This document shows, piece after piece, positions 37,101 through 49,890 of a DNA stretch of 64,000 bases. Within the stretch, counting starts at the first letter, position 1, and each line of letters begins with the position of its first letter. Source of the DNA: Eledone cirrhosa (taxonomy: Eukaryota); contig OZ024746.1 of NCBI GenBank assembly GCA_964016885.1, positions 40,610,001-40,674,000 on the forward strand, given 5' to 3'. The position numbers and the translations under genes were made by a program. Below the pieces are notes generated by a model, which did no database searches, was not told the origin of the DNA, and saw nothing but the letters and a program-made list of their open reading frames with translations.

Positions 37101-40100
37101 ATTCACATAATTGATGAATTATGTCGACTAAAATAAGGAAAATCTAAAATTGAATAATTAAAAAATGGAATGAGGTTTCGGATATTGCGTGTTCATTAGT
37201 TGTGATCATTAAATATTTCTATCAAATAAGGAAACTATTGACAAGATCACAGACCTCATTTGCTTACTGAGTGGAGTGGATCTCATCAAATCGGACCAAG
37301 GAAACAATATTTCCATTTCCTTTCCATTGCTGATACTATCTACCAGTTGCAAATCTTGGCAGAAAGATCAATGTGAAATAAATTGTCTTGCTCAAAGACA
37401 TATCACCCTGTCTGGAAATCAAACTCACACGATTGTGACACCAACTCTCTATCCACTAAGCTTTCACTCTATCAAATAAATATTTTGCTATAGTCTTTAA
37501 ATCTGTGCCTCAATTTCAGTTGTACCAATGTTTTTAGTGAGTTTAAATAGTATACTTAAACCTTTCATTACTATATTTCTGATGGAATATACCGCTGCTA
37601 TGTTTCAATTAATTTTGATTATAAGAAAAACGATTTGGAGAAATTTAGTAAAATAATGAACTTTCACATTATTAATCTGATGTTTCGAGCATTACTAAAC
37701 AAAATGTTCTTACATAAAATTATAACAGAATGTTTTAATATAATTATGAACATTTTAAAATGAGAAGTTTTCTGTCATAGAACCAGGTGTAGTTTCAGGT
37801 GGGTCGATATCAAAATGAATAAATTCTAGGTTCTAAAATCCATTATACTAAAATCATTTTCTGTATATTGTTCTAAACTTGCTACTACCATATAACTGAC
37901 AGAACAATCGAGAGGCTTTGATATTTTGATGGTCTCAATATCATTTTTTGATAGATATATAATAACTGCACTTATAAGGACATAATGTGAATGGAGTAAG
38001 ACATATTGGGTGTTTAGCCTGGCTGCCTCCATATCATTGATTCTTTGTTTATATTTTGCTGTGTCCCAGAAAGGACTACTTAACTAAATCTTTAATGTTC
38101 ATACCTTCTGATGACGTTGCCTATTGTTTTTGTGCCATGATTTGATGATGTAAATTGGCCACAGAATATGTATTATTTAATTATTTAACAATAAAAGAAG
38201 TTATTAGAATCTGACCTTCTCGTGTTTTCAATGAAGTATATATATATTATATAAATATTTGAAGATATTGTTATATCCTCTTTTTGCACACTATCTGAAT
38301 TATTTATCCAGTCAGTTGCATAGTCAACCAGGTAATGTTATAGTGTCATTCCAAATGACCAGAATAGAAGTATAATCATCATTTGTTACAAGGGAAAGGT
38401 GATACTCTAGAAAGGGGCAACTACCAAGGCATTAAACTGATGGATCAAATTTGTGAAGGTAGCAGAAAGAATCTTAGCATGACTAATTAAGGAAAGAATC
38501 AAATTAGATGAGATGCAGTTAAGTTTTGTGCCAGGAAGGAGCACCACCAATGCTTTGTTCTTTGTGGACTACAGGAAAAGTTCCTATGTGTAAGCTGTTA
38601 TACTTTTGGTAATCTTGAAAAAACCTTTGACAGATGTCTGGTGATCTTTAAGAAAACTAGCCTTGTGAAAGCATTGCAAGTCATGTACAGAGGTGTTGTT
38701 AGTAAAGTGATTCTAGGGAAGGAGTTTTGTGACAAAGTCAATGTGTAGATGGGTGTTCACAAATGATCTGTTGTCAGCTCATCCTGTTATAATTCTACAG
38801 GCTATAACAGAGAAGTTTAACACTGGCTGTCCATGGGAATGTCTGTATGTTGATGAGCTAGTTCTTATAAATGAATCTGTGGAAGATCTAGAAAAGAAAT
38901 TCTAGTTTTGGAAATAAAACCTAGAATCAAAATGGTTCAGAGTAAACTTAGGAAAGAAGACAAGACCCTCCTGATACCATAGAAATAGTTGATAGTTTCT
39001 CTTATCTAGGTGACCTTATTAACAGTGGAAGAAGTTGCTCTGAAAGCATAGTTACTAGAATAAGAACATGGTAGAAAAATTTCAGGGAGCTATTGCCTCT
39101 ATTGGCAATACATTTTCTCTTCAGGTGAAAGGTAGATTGTATGATGCCTGCATGCAAAGTAATATCTTATATAGCAGTGAGACATAGGCAATGAATGAAG
39201 AGGATATTCAAAGGCTGAAAAGAAACAAATTCAGCATACTTCATTGGATGTATAATGTTATTGTACAAGAATGACAAAGTACAGATGAACTGAGAGAAAA
39301 AATCTAGGCATAAGCGGAATCAGGTGTAGTGTGCAATCGACGTGTAGTGAATATGGATGATAATTGTTGAGTAAAGTGCCAAGAGTTCTGACTAGAAAGT
39401 AGCTGCAGAAAAAACAGACTGAAGGAAACCTGGACAGAAGTGGTGATATCTAATCTGAGAACATTGAACCTCACAGAGGAGGTGAGATGGAAACTGTACT
39501 AGTGAAGACCTGTCCAAACCATGGAAAAGTGTACATATAAATGATGATGATGAATATAAAAAGTATTTTAAAATATACAATAATAAGGAATCTCAATCTA
39601 ATGCTTTATAAATGCATCTATTAATCACAAGGATAAAGAACACAAATATCTTATAATAGTAGTATTAGTTTTCAAAATAATGCAAGTAATGTATATTCAA
39701 TAATGAAAGCATTATTTTTGTTCTAATTTAAGGTTGAAAATGTAATTACGAATGCTAACAAAATACCATATTTTACTCATGTATAAACACCCTTTTTTCC
39801 AGATTTTTAAACCTAAAAATTAAGGGTGCACATTATACATGAGAACTAAATGTTACCCATTGTTTTCCAATCCAAAGTGCACAGCCATATTTGAGACGGC
39901 ATGACCGGAAGTAAGTTATTTCAATTGTCCAAGCTAATTGATGTGTAATGAAGAGTTTAAATCACTATAATAATCACCATCATCATTTAATGTTTGCTTT
40001 TCCATGCTAGCATGGGTTGGATTCAGAACAATATTTAAACATTTTTCTGTGATCGTGATAACATAGTAAATCTCATTACATTTCATAGGTGAAGATTGTA

Positions 40101-43100
40101 TTAATCAAGATTGTTTCTTATTTTACTAACACACTGAAGCAATTCAGAAGTCATTTAAAACCGAAACCGAAATGGCAAAATGATGAAATGTAATTTAAAA
40201 TTAAAACAACTTTATTCAGTTACTAATAAATTCCATCAATTGTTTTTAACAATAGATAAGCTTAATCCTTTTGATATCAATCCACGTGAAAATGCCTTGG
40301 TTTTAAGATCCACATAAATTTACATGTTACTATGTATTTTTCATTATTGTCCTTGTTTTTAACTGACGTTTCCATGCCGGCATAGATTGAATGGGACTTT
40401 TTGAGGCAATGTGTTACAGCTGGATGCTCTTCCTGACTCTAACCCTTTTAGTCGCTTCTTACAACATACAGGGATGCAGTGTACCTATTCTAAACCAGAT
40501 ACACACGGTGAACTTAGACTGTTTAATATACTATTAAAATAATTTAATTCATACGAAAATATTTTATTAAATGATTTTAATATTTATATTAAATGATATT
40601 TAATGCATATGTATTAAATAATATATTGACTGGATGGCCATGGCAAACATGTCTTTGTATTATTTCTTAGTATAGTGAGTTATTGAAAGAAGCATAATGC
40701 TACACAAACAAATACTTTTTAAGGTAATATTTGTGTATCAATCATTTTTTATAATAGGAAATAATAAGCTTATTCCAGTTGGGACTACACAGTTAATATA
40801 CCACCATCATAATCATCACCGTTTTACATCCATTTTTCCACGCTAGCATGGCTTATACCATTTAGTATATATATAATATATATTGTTTAATATACTGTTA
40901 AAATAATTTAATACACATGCAATTCATATGAAAATATTATATTTTATTAAATTATATTTAACACATATATATTAAACAATATACTGACTGGATGGTCATG
41001 GCAAGAAACTGTTAAGGATTTACAGCCGTTTTCTTTTTTTTTTATGTGTGCATTTACGAATATAAAATGTATTTTGTGTTATTTCTTAATATAGTAGATT
41101 ATTGAAAGAATTATTATTTTAAGAAGTATTTGTTCTTGTAACTAGGTATGTACTCAAACTACATATGTTGCAAGCTGGCAAATTGTCATTAGGGCGTTGG
41201 ATTAAAAATGCCTCATTATTTGTTCCAGCTCACTCTGCTCTGCATTCTAATTCCACCAAGGTGAACTTAGCCTTTCATCCTTAAAAAAAATAGGTCAAAG
41301 AAATATTTATTGAAGTTTGTAATTTAAAATGTTTTAGAAATAGAGAATTGATTGAAAAAGATTGTACAGAAATATTGATTTGATCTTGTTACAGCATGGT
41401 GGTTATACATATTGAAGCTTGCCCTCATCCTACTGTCATGAAAGACATGTGTGCTGATTGTGGTGCTGATCTGAGGAAGTAAGGCTTTTCTCTGATTTCA
41501 TGGATTTATTTATTTTATTGGAAATTTAAAAAAAAAATTTTTTTTTTTTTTTACAATTCTATAGTAGATAGAACAATTCTATAGTAGCTATAACAATTCT
41601 ATAGTAGATAGAACAATTCTATAGTAGATAGAACAATTCTATAGTAGATAGAACAATTCTATAGTAGATAGAACAATTCTATAGTAGATAGAACAATTCT
41701 ATAGTAGATAGAACAATTCTATAGTAGATAGAACAATTCTATAGTAGCTATAACAATTCTATAGTAGATAGAACAATTCTATAGTAGCTATAACAATTCT
41801 ATAGTAGATAGTACAATTCTATAGTAGATAGAACAATTCTATAGTAGATAGTACAATTCTATAGTAGATAGAACAATTCTATAGTAGATAGAACAATTCT
41901 ATAGTAGATAGAACAATTCTATAGTAGATAGAACAATTCTATAGTAGATAGAACAATTCTATAGTAGCTATAACAATTCTATAGTAGATAGAACAATTCT
42001 ATAGTAGATAGAACAATTCTATAGTAGCTATAACAATTCTATAGTAGATAGTACAATTCTATAGTAGATAGAACAATTCTATAGTAATAGTACAATTCTA
42101 TAGTAATAGAACAATTCTATAGTAGAATTATAAAAATAATTAGTCATTTATTCAAACTTTATTACAGATATTGGCTTATATGTTCAGTTAAATTATATAA
42201 TTGCTAATTTAGCTGTAGAGTGAGTTAGAGATACTGTTTATGTCCATTTTTCCATTTTTGTGCAAAACCTGGAGTTAATCCCAGTTTCATGGGCGTTAAG
42301 TGATTAACAGTGCAAGACTTCTCCCAGAATGAAACACTAGTCCATTGTTGCAGGGTTAATCCCCAGCTGCTGTTGGTTCACATGAGTAAACTGGAGCAAC
42401 ATGAAATGAAGTGCCTTACCCAAAAACATGCATCACCCAGCCAGGGAATCCAACCCATAACCTTATGATTGTAATCACAGAACCCTCACCACTAGGCCAT
42501 GTACTTTCAAGTGGTGGTTAAGCTATTGAAATCAAACTCAGCTCTAAAAATACTTTCTTGAATAATTCATATGTAAATATCAAAAGTTGGTAAGAAAAAA
42601 AAACCTAGCTCAAATCAAGCAATTATAGAAAACTGTAAGTAAAATAGTTTAAATGAAATCTAGAACGCTCTAAACCAGAGGTTCTCAAAGTGGGTGCTAC
42701 CCCCCCACCCCCACCCCCACCCGGGGCATATATATTATAGTATATATATTATATTATTTATTATACATTATTTACAATTTGCATGTAGGCAGGTGTCTCT
42801 GGAAATAGGGGTGGAGGGCGCTGAGGGTATTGCATGGCTATGAGGGGGTGTGGTGGCCCAAAAAATTTGAGGATCTCTTTAAACAAACAATCAACAATAT
42901 CTTAAGAGATGTTATTATTTAACATATTTAACAAGGGCAGTGGTTTGGCAGAATTGGTAGAGCGTCAGACACCATGCTTTGCAGCATAGAGTTATGGCCC
43001 TTTGCGCTCTAAGTCGAAATCCCGCCGAGGTTAGCTTTGCCTTTCATCCTTATAGAGTTGATAAAATAAAGCACCAGTAATGCACTGGGGTAATTGCTGG

Positions 43101-46100
43101 CCTTGTGCCAGAAGTAGAAACATTATTTAACATATTCAGTTAATTATAATATATAATCATTATTCCATGTTCATCTGGCTACTATGGAAGAATATATAAA
43201 TTACATCAACATTGAAATATTGTATAGTTACTTGTACTGTAATTTAAGCCATCTTCTTCTAGTGAAATGGGTGTAGCTGGTGATCGAAAAGAAAAAGTCA
43301 GTGCTACTGTAGCTATGGTTCATAGTATACCAGAACTTATTGTCAGTGAAGAGGTCAGTATTTCAAGATATTTTTCCTTTTGTATTTTTTAATAAATTTA
43401 CATAGTTGGTTTTGTTTTTCTCAAAAGAAAAAAAAATCTGATGAAATAGTTTTAATCATTTTGTTACTGAAATACACTCCCTCTGTATATTTGATGAGAT
43501 AAAATTAACCTTTTCATTAGCAAGTTAATGTTTGAAACATTACTTAAACAAATTCTTAAATAAAATTGTGGACGGTTTTAATATAAGTATGAATATTTTA
43601 AAATAAGCAGTTGTATATTATAAAAGCAGAGCAATTTTAGGGGAGTTGGTATCAAAAGGATTCATCATTTTCATCATTTCATTTTACGTCCACTTTTCCC
43701 TGCTTGCAAGGGTGGGACGGGAACTGATTCTGGCTTGATTTCTACAGCTGGATGCCCTTCCTAACACCAACCTCATTTACAGTGAATGCTGGGTGCTTTT
43801 ATGCCGTGGCACCTCCACGACCACTTTGCAGTGGAATGATATGGACCCCAGTCCCTATCATCTCATTTTTACAGCTGAGTAAACTGGAGCAATGTGAAAT
43901 AAAGTGTCTTGCTCAAGGAAACAACACATCACCCGGTCTGAGAATTGAACTCACAACCTTTCGATTGCAAGGCCAATGCTCTAACCACTAAGCCATGTGC
44001 CTCCATTAAGCTTACATAATGTTAGAATTGTTAGAATGTATTATTAACTCTATTGAGTCATTTCAAAAAGCTGGATAATAATATTTTAAAATAAGAAAGG
44101 GAAGAACTTTTCAACAGGTTTTATGACAAGTAATTCCAATTGGCAAATTGTGTTGATGTATAATACTCATATACTATTGCTGTATGTAATATATATATGT
44201 ATGTTTGATAGATGTTATATATATATATATGCATGTGTAAATGTGTGATAGATGTATTATAATTGTGTGACAGTTTTGTGTTCTTATTGAATTCAGTTAA
44301 ATTGTTAATACTCTTAGTAAAGGCATTACTGCTCTGCTACTTCTGTCATTTCACAAAAGTCAAATTTTAATTATATTAGTGCAGACTTTTCAAATAGATC
44401 TTTGTCCCCATCTTCACTTACTAGTGATTGGAGTGAAAACTTTCAACATGTCTGATTAAATGTCTTCAGTAAGCAGCTGACAAAACTAGCAAGAACTAGG
44501 TTAGAAACTAAAAACTTTAGGCAGATGGTTGGTGCCATACCTATCATATGGTTCATAGCTCAACAATGCATAAAATGGTTTGGTCACCTGATAAGAATGC
44601 CAATTGGACATCCAGTCCTGCGAGCTTGCAACACTGAATACTCAGGCTTTATAGCCAGAGGAGGATCATGCTGGTAGTCGATTGACAGTCACAAATATGT
44701 TTCACATTTACATCATGACATTACAGCAGATCACCAACTTCAAGACACTCATGCTTCCCGAAATACGCCAAAACTACACCTGATGTACCCCTTCCATACA
44801 CATGCACATATGTGTGTATCATGACTCGTGCACTGTTCATTTTGCTGATGTTTGTGCAATGCCCTATGTACTGTACATGCACTTTTTTTTTGATGAGTTG
44901 TGGTGCACCTGGGCACTGTACACAATATTTCATTATTGTTATTATTATTATATCATGACTCATACACTGTTCATTTTCCTGACATTTGTACATTATTCTA
45001 TGTACTATACATGCACCTTTGATGAGTTGTAGTGCACCTGAGCACTGTACACAATAATTTCATTATTATTATTATTATTATATATCTCTCTCTCTGCAAC
45101 ACCTTCCTGGTAGAAGTGCCTAGACTCCCCCCCCAAGTTCTGTTTTTATTTCTTTTACTTTCCCCTTATTCGTTTTATTCATTTGTTGTTGTTTTTTTCT
45201 TTTACCTGTTCCAGCAATTCGGCTGAGGCCATGCTGGGGCACGTGAAAACTATGAAATTATTCTGTAATTACAATAATGACATTTGAAATTGTTTTCTCT
45301 AATTTAAGCAAGCCTTAGAACTGGGTCGAGCTGATGAAATTCGTTTGAAAACCACCAAAAAACTGGTTCTTCTAGTTGATCTCGATCAAACTTTGATCCA
45401 TACAACTAATGATAACATACCACCAAACTTAAAAGTAAATACATTTCCGTTTTATCAATATTGCATTTTGTAAAGAATATGTCAGTTACTTTGAAGTTTC
45501 AGTTTCGTCATTCCAGCTAATACATTGAAGTCACTGACACTTTTCTACTTAGAAAATGTATTTCAGCACTCTACCCATCAGTATTGAGTACTCATTCAGT
45601 TAATGTTTGAATGTTTTAAACACATATTCTAATTTTGTAATCAAAATGCCTTTGGTTATAAGTTTCCATGGGACTAATGACTTCATTGCATTTATGATGG
45701 AGTAACAAAGGAACATCTGTATAAACTGAGTAGAGCAAATACCACAAGGTATTTTCTTACGTTAATTTTTTCACGCTAGCATGGGTTAGACAGGTTGTCC
45801 TGTTGTGGGCAATGCTAGGTCAGGTGACCATGTTTTGCACATACAGAACTGATTTTGGCTTGGGTTTTACAGCTGGATGCACTTCCTAATGCCAACCTCA
45901 TTTACTATGAGTACTGGGTGTTTTTTTGTCGTGTCACCATTACGGCCACTTTACAGTGTGGAGTGCTTTCTGCCATGACACCTACATGACCACTTTACAG
46001 TGTGGGTTGAGCACTTTTTGCCGTGTCACCATCATTGTGATTAACTCAGCTAAGATCTTTGTCTATATATACGTTACTCTGTGTGTGAATATTTTTCTAT

Positions 46101-49100
46101 GCTGCTATATAACATCATCATTACCATTTAACCCTTTAGCATTTAAACCGGCTGTATCTGGCCAGAATTATCTTCTATTCAAACTGGCTGTAACCGACCA
46201 CTCATACCAACCTTAAGGTATTATTCTCCAAGTAAATAACATCAAAATCTCATAGATTCGATATTATGTGAGGTAAAGCCTTTATTGTGAAAATATAATA
46301 ATAATTGTTTCTACTTTTGGCATAAGGCCAGCAATTATCCCAGTGTATTACTGGTATTTTATTTTATCGACCCTGTAAGGATGAAAGACAAAGTTAACCT
46401 CGGCGGGATATGAACTCAGAATGGCAAGGGATGTAACTCTATGCGTCAAAGCATGGCGTCCGACCCTCTACCAATACTGCTAATCCACCGCCTGAAAATA
46501 TAATAATTGTTTCTACTTTTGGCAAAAGGCCAGCAAAATACCCAGTGCATTACTGGTACTTTATTTTATCGACCCTGTAAGGATGAAAGACAAAGTTAAC
46601 CTCAGCAGGATTTGAACTCAGACCATAAAGGGCCGTAACTCATTGCTATAAAGCATGGCGTCAGGCCCTCTACCAGTACTGCCAATCCACTGCCTGAAAA
46701 TATTATAATAATGGTAATAGTACATACTTTACTGTGTTCCCAATGACTGGGATAGATTCTTATAGAGAGAAACATGATAAGAAATAACAAAAGGTATTTA
46801 GGTTTTCATTCCAGTGTTTTTTCTTTTGTTTTCAGAAATAATTATTTTTATTCCCATACTATTATTTCTTGTTATAATTTATTTTTCCTTTCTCAAGGGT
46901 GTTCACCATTTTCAGCTTAGACATGGTATGAACTTACTCTGGTACCACACTCGACTTCGGCCACACACTTTAGAATTCTTAGAAAATATTTCAAAGCTGT
47001 ATGAGCTGCACATATGTACATTTGGTGTGCGTATGTATGCACATACTATAACTCGGTTTATAGATCCTGCTGGCAAGTTTTTCTCACATCGAATCCTCTC
47101 AAGAGATGAATGCTTCAACGCAATGTCAAAGACTGCAAATTTAAAGTTAGTATTTTTTTATTTTTAAAGGTACTTTTATATATTATTACCCTTGGTTTCA
47201 GTTTGACATAATTCTGCTTTTTCTTCTTGTGTCATCCCTTCATCGAAGGTGAAACATTTTTTTTCTAATGGCTAGAATATATGCGGCTCGCCACATCTGC
47301 ATACTCAAAGATTTCTTTGCTAACTGGAGCAGTTGCGCCAACCCATTGTCAAATTAAGTCATTCATCTGCGAAGCCACTGGTGTTCACAACACCAAGGTC
47401 ATCCAATTAAACTGATGGTCTTCGCATGAACTACTGCTTACTATGAGACAAGCATGATTTTTATCGAGGCTTATTCCTCTAGATCCAACTTGTTCTGCTA
47501 GACTATCCCATGATAGCCATATCAGAGGCACCTCGTGTAGGATGTGGCTCTTCACCACACAGGTCAGTCTTCAGACTGAAAGATGTTAGGTGCTCGGCTT
47601 GAATGAGCATATATTGCATGTCATCAGTTCACTGAGTGGTATGCTGAATAGCCACAGGGATGGCACAAAAGACCATCCAGTGCCAACCAGTGAAAGCAAC
47701 TACAACCCTGCATACTCTTGACATATTTATATTATAGTAGAGTTTCATTGTTCTATGTGTGGTTGTATGTTTTTGAGAAACTTGATTTTGATATTTAGGT
47801 GTTACTTCATTTTCTTTGTGTTGTTAATACCACAAAGAAAGGCATGATCATCCTAAGTTCTTGGGTTGTGTTTTGTAAAGTCTTGTCTAACAGTTTGGAA
47901 AGAAATAAGATTCTGCTATACTAACTGGTCCATAATCCACTACATTAAATATTGATCTATGATCAGATGTGTTGTGAGAGATTATATTCTTATTTAAGCA
48001 AGCTTGTAATTTCTGACAAATGGAGTAAGTCTAATCCTAGAGTTCATTTGTTTATCTTTTGATATTTCAGAGCTTTGTTTCCATGTGGTGATGCAATGGT
48101 GTGTATCATAGATGACCGAGAAGATGTGTGGAACTATGCTCCTAACTTAATCCATGTCAAACCATATCGATTTTTTCAAGGAACTGCTGATATCAATGCC
48201 CCACCTGGTTTATCAAAGAAAGAAAATGATAACAAACCAATCACACATCGTGTTCGAAGAGTATCATGTAATATTGATGAAGATGAAAATGATTTATGTG
48301 TTGATGAAGACGATGAGAAAAAAGATAGTTGTGATGATTCATTAGCAGAAGATAACTCAGAAGACCAAAAGGACTGTAAAAAAGATGATTCAAATGGAGA
48401 AAATCTGAAAACAGAATCTGATGCAACTTGTAACGTTGATAATGATATTAAGAGTGTTGATAAAGATACTAATGATGAAGAGACTAAGTCTGTGGCTGAT
48501 ACTTGTAGTGATGCTCTTGAAACCAGCTCCAAGGATAGTAAAATACAAACAGATCCACCAAGTGAGGAAAAAGACACCAATAATGAAGAAAATGAAGAAA
48601 TTGAATGGGACGATGAGGATGACTATCTATATTACCTAGAAGAAATTCTAAATAGAATCCATAAAGCTTACTTTGATATTAGTGATCAGCTTAATAATAG
48701 TGAAGGAGCTTCTAACATTCCTGATACTAATTTAGACTTAAAAGCTATCATTCCTTATGTCCGACGCAAGGTTTTACAGGGCTGCAATATCTGCTTCAGT
48801 GGTATAATACCCTTGAATATGCCAATTGAAAAATCTCGACCTTTTAATATTGCTAAATCTTTGGGAGCTAACATACATTTAAATTATGTACCATATTCTT
48901 CTTTACATAAAGACAATTATACAACACATTTAATAGGAAATAAGCTAGGAACAACAAAAGTTCATGCTGCTAAACGGTCCAAAATGGGACATATTGTCAC
49001 CTTAGATTGGCTCTGGGTATGTTGTGAACGATGGGAGAGAGTTGATGAACGCTTATTTCAGCTTAGTGAAAAAATCCCTTTAGAACCAAGACTCTCACGA

Positions 49101-49859
49101 ATGAGTTTACATCCTGGCACAAAAAGACAAAATTCAAAATCTCTTAAAAGGAAATGTAAAACAGTTGATTATGATGTTGCAGCGAAGAAACTTAAACATG
49201 ATAATGAAGATGATAATGATGACGATAATGGTGATGATGAGGAGGAGGAGGATGACGAAGATGATGATGAAAGTTCAGAAGATGAAGATGATGCTATGGA
49301 ATATGAGGAAGAAGAGGATGATTTTGATGACGACGATGATGAAATATTTGAGGAAGAAACCGGTGTAACTCAAAAGAAAATTGGTGAAAAAAGTAAAGCA
49401 TCTTCAAAACCTGGTGACACGAGATACAATCCTTTATACTCATTTTCAGATGAAGAACGGGCAAGCATGGACAAAGAATTAGAAGAGTTAATGGGTGAAG
49501 ATGATAGTGATTCTGATGAAAAGGAAGCTGAAGCTCAACTACGGAAACAGGTTTTGCTAGATCGTAAACCTGAATCTTCAACTGATGAGAGTCTATCTGG
49601 GGAGTTCCCACTCGGATGGAAAAGTAAAAAATGGCGAAAGCGGAGATCACAAAAAAAGAAAATAGTTATAAAACGAGAGGAGTCTGAGGAATCAGAGAAA
49701 TCTGAAGAGAGCACAGAAGAAACACGTGATAAATTCCCTGATTCTCAAGTGGTTTCTGAAAGTAGCAGTAACAGTAATTTAGACTCTGAGTATGACTCAA
49801 TAGGTTCTGTAGATGAAGAAATTGCTAAAGCAGTAGAACAAAAATTTCTAGAAAGATGA
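28166..49859 (+). CDS. CTDP1: RNA polymerase II CTD phosphatase FCP1, 6 coding exons, 868 aa
   Basis: Exons 28166-28434, 41395-41478, 43263-43353, 45309-45434, 46898-47145, 48071-49859, all GT-AG with consistent phases. Motifs: CPHPTVMKDMCADCGADL, MVHSIPEL, catalytic DLDQT (KLVLLVDLDQTLIHTT), LRPH..YELHICTFG, FSHRILSRDEC, LFPCGDAMVCIIDDREDVW, a BRCT domain (VLQGCNICFSG...WLWVCCERWERVDE) and an acidic tail ending DEEIAKAVEQKFLER. Confidence 0.95.
31520..31785 (-). mobile_element. Old RTE LINE 3' remnant with short tail
   Basis: HMEDASCINNCRGLQLDGTCGRGKPR...AVPEMTHPTHAS is homologous to the RTE C-terminus. Confidence 0.7.
32291..32700 (-). pseudogene. Mariner (DD34D-type) transposase pseudogene fragment
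   Basis: LTGNEMWVYGYGPETKTQLSPWKHPTS (first catalytic D region), KVML and LCDAVR..WQLHHDNASAH (second D), with frameshifts. Confidence 0.85.
33434..34240 (+). mobile_element. Internally deleted Helitron with a PIF1-helicase fragment
   Basis: A^TC start, CTAG^T end at 34237-34240 and hairpin TACCCAG-GCGAAG-CTGGGTA at 34211-34230. ORF 33833-34066 has FIPKIPQIPS..LPFKFSRLQFPVRASFAMTVHK. Confidence 0.9.
34773..35548 (-). mobile_element. Young RTE LINE 3' fragment with an internal UTR duplication
   Basis: ELRKKLEIRGIRCCLLERRLRWHGHVMRM...EKTRLT*, nearly identical to 6440-6715. About 110 bp of the UTR is tandemly duplicated. Confidence 0.9.
35585..35720 (+). mobile_element. tRNA-derived SINE with a CORE-like domain
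   Basis: A-box TAGCTTAGTAGTTAG, B-box GGTTCGATTC, then GTGTCCTTAAGCAAG..TTTATTTCAC.TTGCT.CAGT.CACTCAGCTG. Related minus-strand copies lie near 37370-37460, 42370-42500 and 43870-44000. Confidence 0.65.
36252..36548. mobile_element. hAT (Charlie-like) MITE with an 8-bp TSD
   Basis: TIRs CAGAGGTTCTCAAA / TTTGAGAATCTCTG with a perfect TSD ATGTATAC at 36244-36251 and 36549-36556. Confidence 0.9.
37558..37822. mobile_element. Second, older piggyBac-like MITE family
   Basis: cctttcattactatatttctgatggaatat...gatatcaaaa. Related copies lie at about 43452-43642 and, inverted, 57510-57750. Confidence 0.45.
38330..39552 (+). mobile_element. Old decayed RTE LINE with short tail
   Basis: Traces of CYKGKGD, NYQGIKLMDQ, LDEMQLSFVPGRSTT, GCPWECLYVDEL and SFSYLG, ending in a (GAT)n tail. 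Confidence 0.8.
41553..42126. repeat. 20-bp minisatellite, about 28 copies
   Basis: Unit acaattctatagtagataga with variants gctata and gatagt. It starts about 75 nt after the CTDP1 exon 2 donor. Confidence 0.95.
42676..42876. mobile_element. hAT MITE, second copy
   Basis: Same TIR and body as 36252-36548, with near-TSD ctctaaac / ctttaaac. Confidence 0.8.
42935..43125 (+). mobile_element. Deu/Nin-like tRNA SINE
   Basis: Same head, core and tail as 62543-62730. Confidence 0.78.
44480..44692 (+). mobile_element. RTE-like LINE C-terminal relic of a third family
   Basis: Translates QQCIKWFGHLIRMPIGHPVLRA..YSGFIARGGSCW*SIDS, like RLRWFGHL.RM...G.R.RGRP..RW.D. Confidence 0.6.
44738..45080 (+). 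mobile_element. CR1-type LINE 3' end, severely 5'-truncated
   Basis: Near-identical to 63295-63620, including the (ATT)n tail. Confidence 0.88.
46132..46710 (-). mobile_element. piggyBac-type MITE carrying two tandem Deu/Nin-like SINEs
   Basis: MITE at 46132-46295, then SINEs at about 46303-46492 and 46508-46694, separated by repeated tgaaaata(taataat). Confidence 0.82.
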
Positions 49860-49876
49860 TTGAAAATTAAACAAAA

Positions 49877-49890
49877 AATAAATAAATAAA
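49877..49890 (+). promoter_or_regulatory. Overlapping AATAAA hexamers, candidate proximal poly(A) signal of CTDP1
   Basis: aataaataaataaa lies about 18 nt after the TGA stop. Usage cannot be shown from sequence. Confidence 0.3.

Noticed and set aside
41553-42126. CRISPR-like appearance of the regular array
   Set aside because: The units are contiguous with no unique spacers, there are no cas genes and the context is a eukaryotic intron.
48154-49650. Short overlapping and antisense ORFs within the last CTDP1 exon
   Set aside because: They are shadow frames of the acidic coding sequence.
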